A DNA stretch of 59,102 bases, filler included, from Sphacelaria rigidula (taxonomy: Eukaryota), in the NCBI GenBank assembly GCA_964200075.2. It is 10 parts of 10 records of this genome, joined end to end, with 100 filler letters (N's around TTAATTAATTAA, not from the genome) between each part and the next. Parts side by side here need not be neighbours in the genome. Positions count along the whole stretch, not along the records: positions 23,685 to 29,505 come from CAXNAA020024212.1; positions 29,606 to 35,425 come from CAXNAA020024213.1; positions 35,526 to 41,345 come from CAXNAA020024214.1; 7 more parts are not named here. The stretch is one strand, 5' to 3'. Within the stretch, counting starts at the first letter, position 1, and every line of letters begins with the position of its first letter. Shown piece after piece: positions 25,561 through 38,954 of this stretch. The position numbers and the translations under genes were made by a program. The notes under the pieces are model-generated. The model was not told where the DNA came from, searched no databases, and saw nothing but the letters and a program-made list of their open reading frames with translations.

Positions 25561-26619
25561 GCACTAGGGCCCGCATATTTGTCATCGAGAGGCTCCTACG
25601 TGCAGAGCCTCCATAAACAACTTGTGCACCCCTACTGTAGAACCAGTCCCTCCCCCCCCCCGCCCCGTTGTCAATAAGTTCAAGCGATCGCCGAGTTAGA
25701 CTCGTGATGACTCACGTCCGGTGAAGTTTTCGAAAAACTGAGCGACTTGTACTTGAGCCCAAACGAGTTACTTCAGTGACTACGTGGACTCAAGTCTCGA
25801 GAGTCATCGATCTTTTCAAACGACTCGCAGGACTAGGGTCCTGCGAGTCTTTCAGAAAAACTGGGAATGAGTCCGACAAAACTACTTCCCTGCAGACGAG
25901 GTAGATACCCACAGCTGTTTGTCGAAAACCCCCTCGCCATCTCTCCACAAGGGCACATGGAGCGGATTCGCGTACTCCTTTCACCATCCTCAGTATCATC
26001 ACCAAATGACTAGCGGGACTGGTCTACTACTCTTCACTACAAGCGGACGGGTTAACCCTTTTGGAACCGTTGATTGAAAAATGACGATTTACAATTGACG
26101 TTTTTTCGGGCAAGATATGCTTGTTTCTCTGCAACTGTTGATGACGCAGCCCACCATAACGGTGCACCATTCTGAGTTCAGGTATACTAATGTGACAGAT
26201 TCGTGTAACGAAAGAACTCGAAGTAACGTTTTCCCTGTGACGAAAGCTCGCGTATGGCAGTTTGCACTGATTTTCGCAAGTTCCAAAAGGGTGGACTCTT
26301 TGACCGCGAGGGTTGGTCATCTGCAGAATCGGCATTAATTTTCACTTGAGAAAAATATACAAAGTCCAGATGGACTGCCCCTCGCGGTCTAGGGTTCAAG
26401 CCCAAAAATTGCCGCCCTGTCCCCCTCTCCCCCCCCTCTCCATATACCCAACCCGCCTTTTTCTTCTCTCCTACCAAAACAAGATGGGGCGAAAAAAAAA
26501 ACCCCAAGAAATCCCGAAAAAATCCAAATTAACCGAAGGAACATGAAACTAAAGGGAGCTAGCTCTCCGAGAGAGAGAGGAATGAAAAAAAATACGTCAA
26601 CGTAAATCATGGATCATAC

Positions 26620-26780
26620 CTCAAGACGGTCATCCTCCACCTCCCAGTTGCGAGCGTCTTCCGGAATATTCTGCAGCTCGAAACTCTTGGCGGGGACTGT
26701 TTTGCAATCCCACGATGAACTTTCGATATCGAGAACTTCGTACTCTCCGGTGATTTCGGGCCAATTAGAGAGCACCACAC
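26620..26780 (-). CDS. Putative internal exon of an unidentified gene
   Basis: CTGCAG acceptor, GTATGA donor and an open frame: (G)VVLSNWPEITGEYEVLDIESSSWDCKTVPAKSFELQNIPEDARNWEVEDDRLE. Confidence 0.55.
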
Positions 26781-29700
26781 CTGCAGTAGCGGGCTCGGTT
26801 TCGGTACCCGCTGCCTGCGGGAGGTTCAGCCGCGCCCCCGAGCACCGATATCGGACTTCATATTTTCACAGATGATTCCAAACAATGGAAAAAGGGAGCG
26901 GTTTTCAAAATAGAGAGGGTGGGGTTAGGGGGGACGGGGGGACGGGGGGACGGGTGGTTAGACCTTCAAGAAGCAATATATCTGGATAGTTTCCATTTCG
27001 GAACAATTTTCGAGGGTGGTTGGATGCACTCGTAGTATACCTGTGCTCAATGGAGTCTTCTACAAGCCGCGATACCTCGAACATGTTTTTTTTCAGTGTT
27101 GTGTTTTTTGTCGCGGGGAGGACGGAGGTAGGACGGAGGGAGGGAGGGGGGGACATTTTCGGAGAACAAGCTTTGAGTAGAGCTTTGCGAAGCTCTCCAA
27201 AAGAGGAAGCAGCGGGGAGTACTATTGCTAAATTTTAGAGCTGCCCCGGCTAAACCCCTACTATGCACGTGTGTCATAGCTCAGGGACTCCGGGATGCAC
27301 GGAATTTTATCATTCAGGGCGGTGTGTACAAAGCAGAGAGGGGGTGCTCAGCTACAGAGTCTGGGCTATCGGCATTAAAGGTCAGCACGTGATAATGTTC
27401 TGAAACGAGGTCTGCGGCATGCGAAGACCAGCCGTCGATTTTTTTGCGGCATGAGTTCTGGAATTTCAGGAGCTGGGCATTAGATATTGCTCGAAATGGT
27501 GACCGGCACCCCAGGAGATCAGCCGTCGATCGTGTTCCGAAATGAGGCCATGTGGTCAAATAGTTCACCATTTCGGTGGGAGGGGGGGGGGCTATATTGT
27601 GTTGAAAATAGACCGTTGAAAAGAACCACCATGGAGAGAAAGAGAGAGAAACCTCTACTCTTGCCTTGTAGAGGCATCATCCAGTTTCTGTGCTGTTCTT
27701 TCTGGCAGGGGTTCAACTTTTTTTCGCAACACTTTGAACCCCTCCCGTTCCTCGGAACGCGTCCGTGCTGTCAACGTATCAAATCGTTTCTACTCGGTAC
27801 AAATACGGGAAAGAAATCCAAGCGCGGCTTCGCAAAACTATGAGGGTTCTCTCTGGTCACCAGAAGAAGCAGCGGAGCACACGTCTTTTTCGTTTCGGAG
27901 GGGGGATGGGGATCCAGAGGCGAACGTATTTATTTTCACACCCGTGTTATAGGTCATCAAATTGTGCAGTATCATTGAGTTTTCGGCGTTTTACACACGT
28001 ACGTCGCAAGAAAATAAAGGTCAAATGGTCATTCTCCACTTTTCGTTGTTTAATCCCGTGACAAACACATAACAGTACTGGACCCGTATTTAGGCCGCAT
28101 AGTGATGAGCCAGGAACACAGGCCTCACCACTACTCCCGCCTTGTCCTTGGATAGGGTGAATATGCCGTCTTACTGCGGGCTTCGGTATACTGTACTGTA
28201 CTGTCGGTAACACGAGGTAGGGGGCGGGGGGCGACGCAAACATTAGCGCCTTTTTGTTGACCAGGAGCCGTGAAAAACTCGCATTGTATTTACAGCCGGG
28301 GATCCGCAGTAATGCCGGTAGTGATGGCGAAGGTGAAAACCCACCTCGGGGATATTATTAACGGTCTGTTCTTCTTTCCTGAATTCTCCGATTTTGGGGG
28401 AGGAGAAAAACTTCTCTAGACAATGTGGAAGCAGATGTCTGAATCAGGTCAGGGAAAAGATCAACGAATGCAAGGTTGAACACAGATTTCTCCGAAAATC
28501 TCGGGTCGGATTGCTTTTCAGCAACTTTTTCCTTGTCGGAAAAGTTAGGGGAGAAAAACAACTTTTGCGAAAATGTGTGACGAGCCGGAGACACCCGCCT
28601 TGTCTGTAGTCCCGCACTATTCGACATCGCCGTAAGACGGATCCACCGCTGTACAGCGTTTCCGACAAAATCAAACAGATGGGCCCGGAAGATTGCTGCT
28701 GCCATGTGCGAGGTACACGGCACAACGAAACAGGCTACCATTACGGCATGGTCTCTACAACAACTGTACACAAACGACAGTGTACTGATGAATTATTTCT
28801 TCTGTCCCATTCGCTATTATTTTCATCATGTCTTCAATTGCAACCCACCCTCGCCGTTTTCCTCGGGACGAGTCCGTGATCTCAAGGGAACAATCAAACC
28901 CATCTCTGCCTCCCGGTACACGCCTTGTATGTTGATACCGCGGGTCGGATCGGATCTCCCGCGTCATGAAAAATCTCGTCGGATGCTTTTCTCTCGTGGG
29001 ATAGTATTATCGTGGCTTTTGACCAACCATCTACGTTCTTCCAACGACGGAAGTCGTCATATAAATATCAGGAGAAACAAAACCGCAAATGAACCATGAC
29101 AATCATCTCTGAGGTGTCTTCAAATCCGCAGTCTTGCGTCCAAACTGGTTTTCGGCTGCTGTCCGCTTCAAAATGTAATGCGTTTATATACTATACAAGT
29201 AGTACCTGGTTAGAGGTGAGGTTGGTCACTTGAGACCACGGGCTCGTCCCGACGAAAACAGGGGGGGTGGAAGAAGGTGATATGCGGAGGGTGGGGAGGG
29301 GGGGTACTCATGATCTTGCATGCCGTAGTCATCTGACTATTGACCTCGCATCACTACGAAGTCGGGACGCCGGACCAGGCTCGCAGTCGATCACCAAGCG
29401 CGAAGCGCCACGGTGTGCTCGGCGAGTCGCATGAAGGGTGAACGCATGAGGGGGGGGGGGCGTACTCATTTGTTGCTTGCCTTAGTCATTTGACCCTTGA
29501 CCACGNNNNNNNNNNNNNNNNNNNNNNNNNNNNNNNNNNNNNNNNNNNNTTAATTAATTAANNNNNNNNNNNNNNNNNNNNNNNNNNNNNNNNNNNNNNN
29601 NNNNNGATGCGGACGCCTTCCGTGGTCACAGGCTAGCTAAAAACCAAAAAACCAAAATAGACCCCGATTAAAAACTCTCAAAACGCAGTGCTGTGCACAA

Positions 29701-31162
29701 TTAATCGAGTGACGAGGAAATAGTCTGGGAAACGCGCTCGGGGAGAAATTCGAAATGATTGTCGTGGACGCGCTCACGAACTAACGGCCGACGAATCAGT
29801 ACGGCGGTTGAGCCGACTGATCTTGGCCTGGACTTCACACTTCATACTTGAGTACTTGACTACGTAGCTCCTGGGCGCGTACTGAATCTATAGTATCTTT
29901 CAATATATTGATGTTTAGTATCGTCACTACTCCTTCCCAGAGAAACAGTTCAACGAAGATTTTGACACGAAAGATTCGACGATGATGTTGACTGCTGAGA
30001 ATTATTATTTCCTTAGGGAAAGAGAGAACGATTTCTGCTCAAAAGCAAAAAATTGCATCTATAATACCATATTTTCCCACAGAAGAAATGCTGCTGCGTC
30101 TGGTGGTCCGTAAGCAGCACCCAGGACGGTGGGGTGAGGGGTTTACTCATTTGTTGCTTGCCTTAGTCGTTTGAACATTGACCACGCATCCCTTTCGAGA
30201 CGGAGCACCCTTCCTCCTCTTGATACAGGCTGGTTCACGCTTATCACCCAAAATTGTGTCAGCAGCAAATGACTTTGGCAATATACATGATATCATACTG
30301 CCCGCCATGGAGCTAAAGAGCGTGACATAGACGGCTTTAAGTGTAAGACCATAGTGATAGCGCTAAGGGCGAACAGTATATCGACCAATCAGCGCCCGTC
30401 AAATTGTTCCGAGATCGAAATTACACATGACAAGCCCAATTTTCACCCAATCTCCACATGCTTCAATCGCAGTAGCTTTCATCGGTTCGGGAATCTAGCG
30501 AAAAATAATATATTTAAAAACGGTTACTGCGGGGGTCGAATTATACCCGAAATCGAAATGTTTCGGTGATGTCGGGTGTTGGCGTCGTCTAATATCCATT
30601 GATGATACTCAAGAAAGACCCAAGGAGCCTCGTGACGGTGTCCCCTATATCCGTTGTAGAAAAGCTCAGATCGTCCTCAAACTCGGCAGTTCCGTAAATA
30701 TGGATGCTGCAAATGGGAAAATTGTATTTTCAACAATATTTCGGAATTTCTCCGGTCTCAACCGGCTTCCAGGGGTCCCAGTATGAAGACCCCCGGAAGG
30801 CGGTACAGAATGCCCCCCCCCCAAGAATAATAAAGCGATGCGTCCCGGGATAGTCCAGGGAACACATGTAGAAAGTTTGGTGTGAAAGTTCGAAAACCTC
30901 ATACAGTTTTTATTGCCTTGACGTCAAATTGACCCCAAAAGACGTGTTTATACTAAAACCAAGTAATAAGGAGTTGCACGTTTCAAGCCCACGTCCTCCA
31001 CGAACGCGCAAACCTTCACCCCGTGATGAGGAGTTCGACCCTGAAACCTTGTACAAATATGTTATGTATCACTTCACAACGTTCTATGGACGTTTTTTTT
31101 TCATCTCGAGATTTTTACCCCTTTCCGGGGGTCCGACGGAATTCAAGACGTTTTCCGAAGTG

Positions 31163-32067
31163 TAGTAGTCGGCATCAGAAGTTTTCAGAATTAATTGTTG
31201 TTGTAGTTGTTGAGTTTTTCTCTGGTAATATTCTATATCACTACTTGAAAGTGCTAGCGCCGGTAGATTTAGGGGGAAAGCGTAGGACGCGCTCAAACTG
31301 CAGTGCACAAGTTGGTGTTTTCGGGGCGATACGGACTGGATATTCCATTTATCAGGAGGGTGTTATTGACCGTTTTTGGTCCAATAAAAAACCGTTTGAC
31401 GGCTCTTCCGCAACGAAACGGAAAATATTGAGGTAAGTAAAAACGTATACAATTCTTCTCAACAACGATCGAGATCGTGTTTTCCTCCAATAGTGCACAG
31501 ACCTCAGTCTAGTATTTTTTGGGGATGATTTTTTTTCGGTTTTTTTTGCATTACACTCTCCATGAGCACTCGAAAATGCTAGCGTCGATAGTTTTGGCAA
31601 AATAAGCAGACCGTGCTCAAATCACAATGCCCAAGTTGGTGTTGTGGGGGCGATACGGAGTGAAGACCCCGTTTTTCAGGAGGGTGATATTGAACGTGAA
31701 TGGTTCAAGAAACATAGTTTCCCGGCCTTAGCGCAGTGAAAAGGTGGAATTTCAGAAAAATAATCCTGTGTGAGTCTGCACCTATATGATCGGGATCGAG
31801 TCGGTCCACCGAAAATACCCAAAAGCTAAAAGCTGGGGTCGCACTTTCGCAGGACACCCGAAGATCGGTCAAGCCCGTAAGTCACTCAATATTGATCGCA
31901 GATATTTATTCTTTCAATATTTGTCAAGAGGATTGAAAAATCTCCAGATGCCCATTTTTTTACATCCAACAGTCACTGTGATGAGCGGTGGCAAGCGAAA
32001 CAAATTTGGAAAATCTTTGAAATACTAAGAAATTACGAATTCTGCATACTTCTGACGCTGACTACTG
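31163..32067. mobile_element. Second, inverted copy of the TA-type MITE at 2509-3390
   Basis: TIRs tagtagtcggcatcagaagt ... acttctgacgctgactactg followed by ta; interior is colinear with the reverse complement of the contig 1 copy. Confidence 0.85.
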
Positions 32068-32339
32068 TAGTCTTCATTTTGGGACCCCGAAGAACCGGCA
32101 TTACGACATTTATTTTCAATTTTTTTTAGAACGAGCTATCCCCGGGAAACTCAAGGAAGAGCCCCACAAAATTTCGTCGCAAAACTCGATCAACTGATGC
32201 TTGAATTTTCATGTTCACGTCAAAGGCCCCAAAACGCCGTTTTCGTACAAGAATCAAGTTTTAATAATTTGCGGTTTCACCGCGGCACGGCAAAGTTCAT
32301 CGCACAAAAGCGAGAAACCTGACGCCGTTTCAAGGAGTC

Positions 32340-32898
32340 AGGCCGGATGTTATGGCAAACAGGTTTTTGGCTCACGGATTGTTCATTTTTGGGACGTTGA
32401 CCCACCTTTGACAGGGAAATCGCCAACACACGTCCATGACACCTTGCATCACCCCACAGAGAGGAGCCTACCCCACTTTTCAGATTCGCTTGGCTCTGAG
32501 GTAACGAGATTTTTTATTGACTGATTGTCGCACTTTGACTGACCCTCCGGGGGTCCAGTCGTGGTCCCATGATAGACGTACCCAAGTGAGATTGGCCGCT
32601 GAAAGATAACTCGTGTGCAATAATCCGTGCTTGCCAACATTCGGCAGTTTGCCCAATGATCTGTGGAGATCAATGTAGATTTTATGGCACACCAGTAATT
32701 ATTTAGCTGCCACACTCGGAACCTTGGAGCCAAGCGAATTTGAAAAGTGGGTTAGGCTCCTTCCTCTGTGTGGGGTGATGCAAAATGTCCGAAACGTGAG
32801 GTGGCGATTTTCCCTGTTTGCGGGTCAAAAAGTGGACCAAACGTCCCAAGAGTGAACAATCCGTGGGTCAAAAATCTGTTTGCCACAACATCCGGCCT
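32340..32898. repeat. Inverted repeat with arms of about 160-180 bp and a spacer of about 220 bp
   Basis: aggccggatgttatggcaaacag...ttcgcttggctc versus gagccaagcgaa...ctgtttgccacaacatccggcct. Confidence 0.85.
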
Positions 32899-32904
32899 TA
32901 GACC

Positions 32905-33365
32905 GCTCCTTATAACAAAGAGAAAATCTGGAAAAGTATCTTTTTGGGGCTTTTATATCGTTTTACGCCCCCAAATGAGAGCTAGGCGGAGTTTGACACC
33001 CTGGAATCACTTGCTCTACTAGTTGAGGCGGTTTCAGGGCATCTTTCCGTATTTCGGTGGCCGCGGTTTTCATTTCTGCCAAACATTTTTTTTTGTCGAA
33101 GAACGATAAAAAACAGTCAAGTCCAGAGAAACGTCGCGATTTTTTCTAGATTCAATTGTTTTTATCGTTCTTCGACAATTTGTTTTGGTCAAAATAAAAC
33201 TGCGGCCACCAGAAAACGGGAAGATGCCCTGGAACCGCCTCAACTAGTAGAGCAAGTGATTCGAAGGTGTCAAACTCCGCCTGGCTCTCTTTTGGGGCGT
33301 AAAACGACGTAAAAGCTCCAACAAGGCACATTTCCAAATTTTTATTCTTGTCTGTTATGAGAAGC
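32905..33365. repeat. Imperfect palindrome of about 460 bp centred near 33136
   Basis: ggcggagtttgacaccctggaatcacttgctctactagttgaggcggtt mirrored by aaccgcctcaactagtagagcaagtgattcgaaggtgtcaaactccgcc. Confidence 0.9.
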
Positions 33366-33739
33366 GACGTTAGACCCCAAAATTTTGCACAACTGTGCTA
33401 TGGGTTATTACGCGACTGTGGATAGACGAAGTTTTGTGAGTTTTTTTCACCGGTTCACCGTCGTCTGATTGGATGAAAGTTTCCCAGAAAAAACTGGGAC
33501 CCCCGGATAACGGTGAAAAAAAAAAAAAAGTAAGGAAAACCTCGACCTTCGAAAGTTGTGTAATGCGCCATGGACCATCTGCGCAAAATTTCAGGGTCTA
33601 ACTCCTTAAAACGGCGTGAGGTTTTACCGATGAGTGTTTTTTGAGTGATGAGCGTGAACAAGCCTGTACACACCTCCATGATTTGGGCGCTCCAGGAGGG
33701 GGGGCGAGCTCGGGTAGTGACCCTCATCTCCCATTGTTT

Positions 33740-34080
33740 CATACGTCGGACGAGCACGAGTGTGACTCGTGGCACTAGCACTCGTTGGGCTGCTCGTTGA
33801 CCGTAAAAATTAATAGGGCGAGCACTCGAGCCATTGCTTGTTGTGGAACAATATTATTAGGGCGAACGCTCAGAGTAATTGCTCGTCGTGGAAAAAAATG
33901 AAAAGGGTGAGCACTCGAATCATTGCTCGTTGTGGAAAGAAATTAATAGGGCGAGCACTCGAGTCATTGCTCGTTGGAAGAAAAAGTAATGGCTCGAGCG
34001 CACGAGTCATGCTCGTTGTCTTTTACAAAAACATGCACGAGTGCACTCGTTTCGGTGAGTAATAACTCGTCCGACGTGTG
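33740..34080. mobile_element. Small TIR element filled with tandem units of about 44 bp
   Basis: TIRs catacgtcggacgag / ctcgtccgacgtgtg; agggcgagcactcgagtcattgctcgt-type units start at 33815, 33859, 33904 and 33948. Confidence 0.8.
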
Positions 34081-35636
34081 CAATGATTTTGTACTTGTGG
34101 CTTTGCCGAAGAGTCATTGTACAGTACTCGTACGAGTACACAGTAAATGTAAATTGTGATATCTGTATCGCACTGTGCACAACTGTTTCTTGTGTCAGCA
34201 TTGTCTGTGCAGCTACAGTACGAGTAGCTGCAGCGTGAGGCGTTTCTGAATAAACCACATTTCCCAGGCATTTCAGAGGAACTTGGATTTTCTCCCTGCC
34301 CGAAACATTCTACTTTTGTTCCGATCATATCAGAGGGTGAATCACTCCTCTGACAAGAACTTCCGATCCTGTAATTCTTATTCCTTCAGTAAAAAGGATT
34401 CAGATAAAAAAAGCTACGAGTATGATACCAGGAAAAACTGACTGGGAAAATACGCTCCGACTATTTTTCAGACCAGGCTTATCATGAATGAAAGAAATTA
34501 CCTTGACTGTGACTGCCCAGGAGTGTCTATTGATCTGTAGGATCGGATTTTTCTTCTTATGAAAACTCAACCTCTTGATCCTTGGAACGCGGTACGGGTA
34601 GTTCATCTGGACCACGCGTATTTGTTCGAGTGAAAATTGATGCCGATTCAGCAAATAACCTACTTTAAAACACATATGATCTATTCAGCACGAGTCCGGG
34701 TTAACCGCGAGCATAGGTCATACGTGGAATCATAATCAATTTCACGTGAAAAATTACTACCCTCGCCGTCAAAACTCAGTATCAAATTGAGGTGTCCATC
34801 TGCGCGCGTGGGTTGGTCGCCTGTTGAGCCGGAATTATTTTATTATTTTCAGTTGAAAAATAAATGCAAAACCCAGATAACCCATCTCGGCGGTCAACAC
34901 GGGGTTGATCGTTTTAGCGCCCCGTGGCCTCCTGCGGTCCCTGACAGTCCCGTGGAGAATGGCGATATTTTAGACGAGAAAGCGACCTTAGCATGACGCT
35001 TGGAGGCTACTCGGGAAGTGATTATTTCGCGTATTTTCGTTTGGACCAATACCCGTACGAGTAGGATGGCAACGACCATCATGTATGAGCGCCATTTTGC
35101 CATCCTCCAAAAATAAGACCGGACTGGAAATAGCAGTAGGCCGGGGCCCGGGCCGGGGTCCCAAAGGGCTGGATGTTCAACCCTTACTCATACACCGCGA
35201 TGCCGGTACCGCAGTCTATCTGAATCGGGCATACTTTTTTCAAGTGAAATTGATTCCCATTCAGCAGGTGACCTAACATCGCGGTCAAAGGGTTGATTCT
35301 TTTGGGACCAGACTCCCAAGAACATGGTGTTTGCACGCAGGGGGGGGGGGGGGGGCGGCCCAAGGGGGGGGCCCCGGAAACAAAAAAAAACAAACCAGTT
35401 ACGGGATGAGAGGCGCCATTATCCANNNNNNNNNNNNNNNNNNNNNNNNNNNNNNNNNNNNNNNNNNNNTTAATTAATTAANNNNNNNNNNNNNNNNNNN
35501 NNNNNNNNNNNNNNNNNNNNNNNNNTGGGTCAGCACTCCCGCACCGCGTCAACTCACGTCACACAAACCTAGTCGACTGCTGTGTTTACTCACGCTCTCA
35601 CGCTTTCCACGGTGGGAATCATACATGACAAAGAAG

Positions 35637-35717
35637 AAAAAAAAACGCATCGGGAATCGAACCCATGTTCTCTCCACCCTAATGGCAACAGTCGGATCAT
35701 TACACCACCGGGGCGCG
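35637..35717 (-). other. tRNA-like Pol III unit (pseudo-tRNA or SINE head)
   Basis: A-box TGGTGTAATGA, B-box GGTTCGATTCC, then a T9 tract; acceptor and anticodon stems do not form a clean cloverleaf. Confidence 0.55.
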
Positions 35718-35749
35718 GTGTATGAGTATGCTATGGTGGTATTCTCGGT

Positions 35750-36105
35750 TACAACAGCAGTGTAACAACAGTACGACATGGCGGTATTCTCTATTCTCGA
35801 TGGCAAGCAGCTGATGCCTACTGTATACAGTCCGTGTTGTCAGAGCATCCATTCACTCGAGCATGCGTGTACTATATACGGCCGTGTAGCCGCAAGTAGG
35901 GACACTTGTAAAATCACACCATCATTGTACTACAAGTACCGTTGTCTGCTGTCTGCACACTATGTACAGCGAACAACAGACAACAGACAACTGTGTACAG
36001 ACAGCGTGGTATCTTGTACAACAGCAGTGCAACAACAGCATGATATGGCGGTATTCTATATTCTCCATGGCAAGCAGCTGATGCATTCTGTATACATTCC
36101 GTGTT
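35750..36105 (+). repeat. Direct repeat of about 90 bp, copies about 268 bp apart
   Basis: acaacagcagtg..aacaacag...atggcggtattct...atggcaagcagctgatgc at about 35750 and 36018. Confidence 0.85.
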
Positions 36106-38954
36106 CAGGTTCGAAAAACTTATAATAACACTGTAGGGCTTCTGTGTTGTGTTCAGTGTACTACTCTGTACTGCTATATATACTGTAGGACTTCTGTATT
36201 TTAATAGTAGGGATTAATGCATGTGAGAGGGGTCACGTTTTGGGCAGGTTCTTGAAAAGTTCTGATTGGTTCTTGAAAAGTTCTGATTGGTTCTGAAAAT
36301 ATATTCTGAAAAAAACGGAACACTTTTTTGCCACAGAAATCCGACACCGAATCGGAAATGGCGTGAGACAACAACCATTTTGAAAATTAGAATTTGGACA
36401 ATTTCTTCCACCATCGTGGTCCACCGTATACTACAAATCACTCCATGATTCGTTCTTAACGAACACAATTCTCCGTACCCGATCGCGATGCCTCAGACTC
36501 TGGTATCCAGTTCGGGAGGCTTTGCCCTGTGGGGTAAGGGTTGCATATTGGGGTCCAGATGTTTCTCTTCGAGGGGGCTCCCAACGTAAGTTAGGAGCTG
36601 CACAAAAATATAGGCCAGGACATTTCTCGTATTGAAAATGTATCCGAAATATCCGTGAAAAGACAAGTAGCATGCCGGTAATCGTGGCGTGCTCTCATAT
36701 ATTTTCATAAGTCGTTTTTTGGCTGCGCAAAGGGCTTCCGAAAGTGAATTCAAACGGGAAAAACACGTTGTGGAACCCCACCGTGGTATGACTCCGAGAA
36801 CCCTTCAGGATCGATCGAACGACCAGGTGACGATGAACGCGGTATCGGGGCAGCGTCGACCAAGAAATTTGAAGGACAGGCATTGACAGCAGTCGAAGGC
36901 TACCCACCTACTTTACCTGTGGTGTGCGCCGTCACAATAGCGCCCCACCACCCCAACCGCGGGAGATGATTGACTTGCTCTACATCATGGAAGCCCAGTC
37001 ACCCTCCATCCCTGCTAATGAAAGGAAACAATGCCAGCGAATCATCTTGGCGAGTCGTCCCCCGTCATCTTGTTAGCTTGATTTTATTTTTACACAAGAG
37101 AACAAACAGGTATCGGTCATCAACTACCGCCACACACCCCGGCCGCCCGGATAATTGTTTGACACACCTGTACTGTACTGTAGGTCACCTCGTGCCCGGC
37201 CATTATTATAGTTGGAGCTTTTTCATTTTTGTCGTCTGTATTGCCAGTAGTACTGAAGTCAAGTACGATGCTCTCTTGACGCGTCAATAAATTCTGTCTG
37301 TATTGTCCCCCTGTTGATATTCACCAAGTCCGTATGGATCGGTACTACCTGCTATGGCTAGTCTACTTGGCGATCGTGCGCACTACAGTGCAGTGTCACG
37401 CACGTGTCCAAGCCCTCAAGCAAACACATCTGTTGGTTGTACGGGAGGTTCCCTCGACCGTCGGTTGATTTTGGCTTTATATAAGGGCATGTGTACATTA
37501 ACGTGGCAGTGTCCTTATTCTTCTTAACTCTGAGCCCAGATCGATACTTGTCCTCACCTGCGCCTGTCCCTCGTCGGTACAAACTTTCTCGCTTCAATTT
37601 CGTTTTTTTTCCAGTATCTCTTCCTCCACCCACTTTCTTAAAAGGCGAACGTTTAAGAACAAACACCATTACCCTCCTGAAAACATGGCTGATACAATTG
37701 ATGAGCCGGCTTGACACAATGACATCCACAGTCATCCGTTATAGTGCATGGCTCTCGCTAGTGGGTATGAGCCACTGGCATCTTGTGAGTCAGGATATGT
37801 GGCAACAAGCGTCGAACGTTTCACTTGAAACCGGCCTGACAGCCCAAGGGTTGGAGGTCAGGGTTAGGTTTAGGGTTAGGATTTCCGGAACCCGGGCGCG
37901 TGCCGTGTAGGTGCCCATGGGACATGCCAGGGACATTAGTGTCATGCACGATAGTAGAGGGTACCCATCGTATCTGCGCGGTGAGGTGAGTACCAGAGTA
38001 TACTTCAGCCAAAACACACCCTCGTCCAGAAGCCGGAATGAGGTACTATCCACGAGATATTCTTCCAGGAGCGTTGCTTGTGAATGGGCATTCCGCCACT
38101 TCAGCTTATCGTCCGTTCCGTCTACAGAGGATTGTTATCCTCTCGACGGAGACGGTCGATTCCCCAGAGCTGCCCCTCTCCCCACTCTCACCCGTGTCCT
38201 CAACCTCCACACGCACACAAAAACACACGGTCTTTTCGTTACGGTACACCCCCGTAGCCCAGGAGACAATCAACATCTCCCATGAGGGTGGTATTTCTTA
38301 TTAGGGCTGAACGTTCATGTATGTAATACGTGAAGCGTACGATGATGCACATTCGAAAGGTGCACTACAAGAGACAGGAATCTTCTCATCCTTGCCATAA
38401 AACCAGTAAACCAGAAGATAAACTTACCCCGACAAGCCTGGACGTGAAACTCGTGGCGACGCTATCGGTCGTCGGCGGCGGCGGCGGCTTTGCATTTCTT
38501 GTACTTTCTTCATTCAGTGTTGCCGCTGCTGCCGCCGTCGAGACGATCTCGCACGCAGCAGTGATCGATCGTGTGTCCGAGTTTTCTGCGTCAGGGACCA
38601 ACTGTACATCATAGATGCCCTGTTACGGCTGCCTCTCCAGCCGCTTGTGGCTTAGCCGGTTGAGCGGAGCGTTTCCCCCGTTGGCTCCCCCGAGACGACG
38701 TTTGGGCAACCCCGAGCCGAACCAAGCGCCATTCCCCGCGAGTGACATAGAGAATCACCCTGCAACTTGACAATCGTGCGTTGGTCTGGTTTGAGGTATG
38801 AGTAGAGGCGAGAGAACTGGAGGTACTGTAGTGCCTGCGAGCGAGGCTGCTTCGCGACGTCAGTGACGGTGTAGTGCTTCTTGGAGAAACGTGACGGGTT
38901 TTCTCGTTCAACTGTAGGCATTGTATGGCTGACTTGAGGCCGCGTGTTGGCGAA

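Noticed and set aside
37855..37882. TTAGGG-like telomeric repeats (also near 8630)
   Set aside because: Only 3-4 degenerate internal units, not a chromosome end
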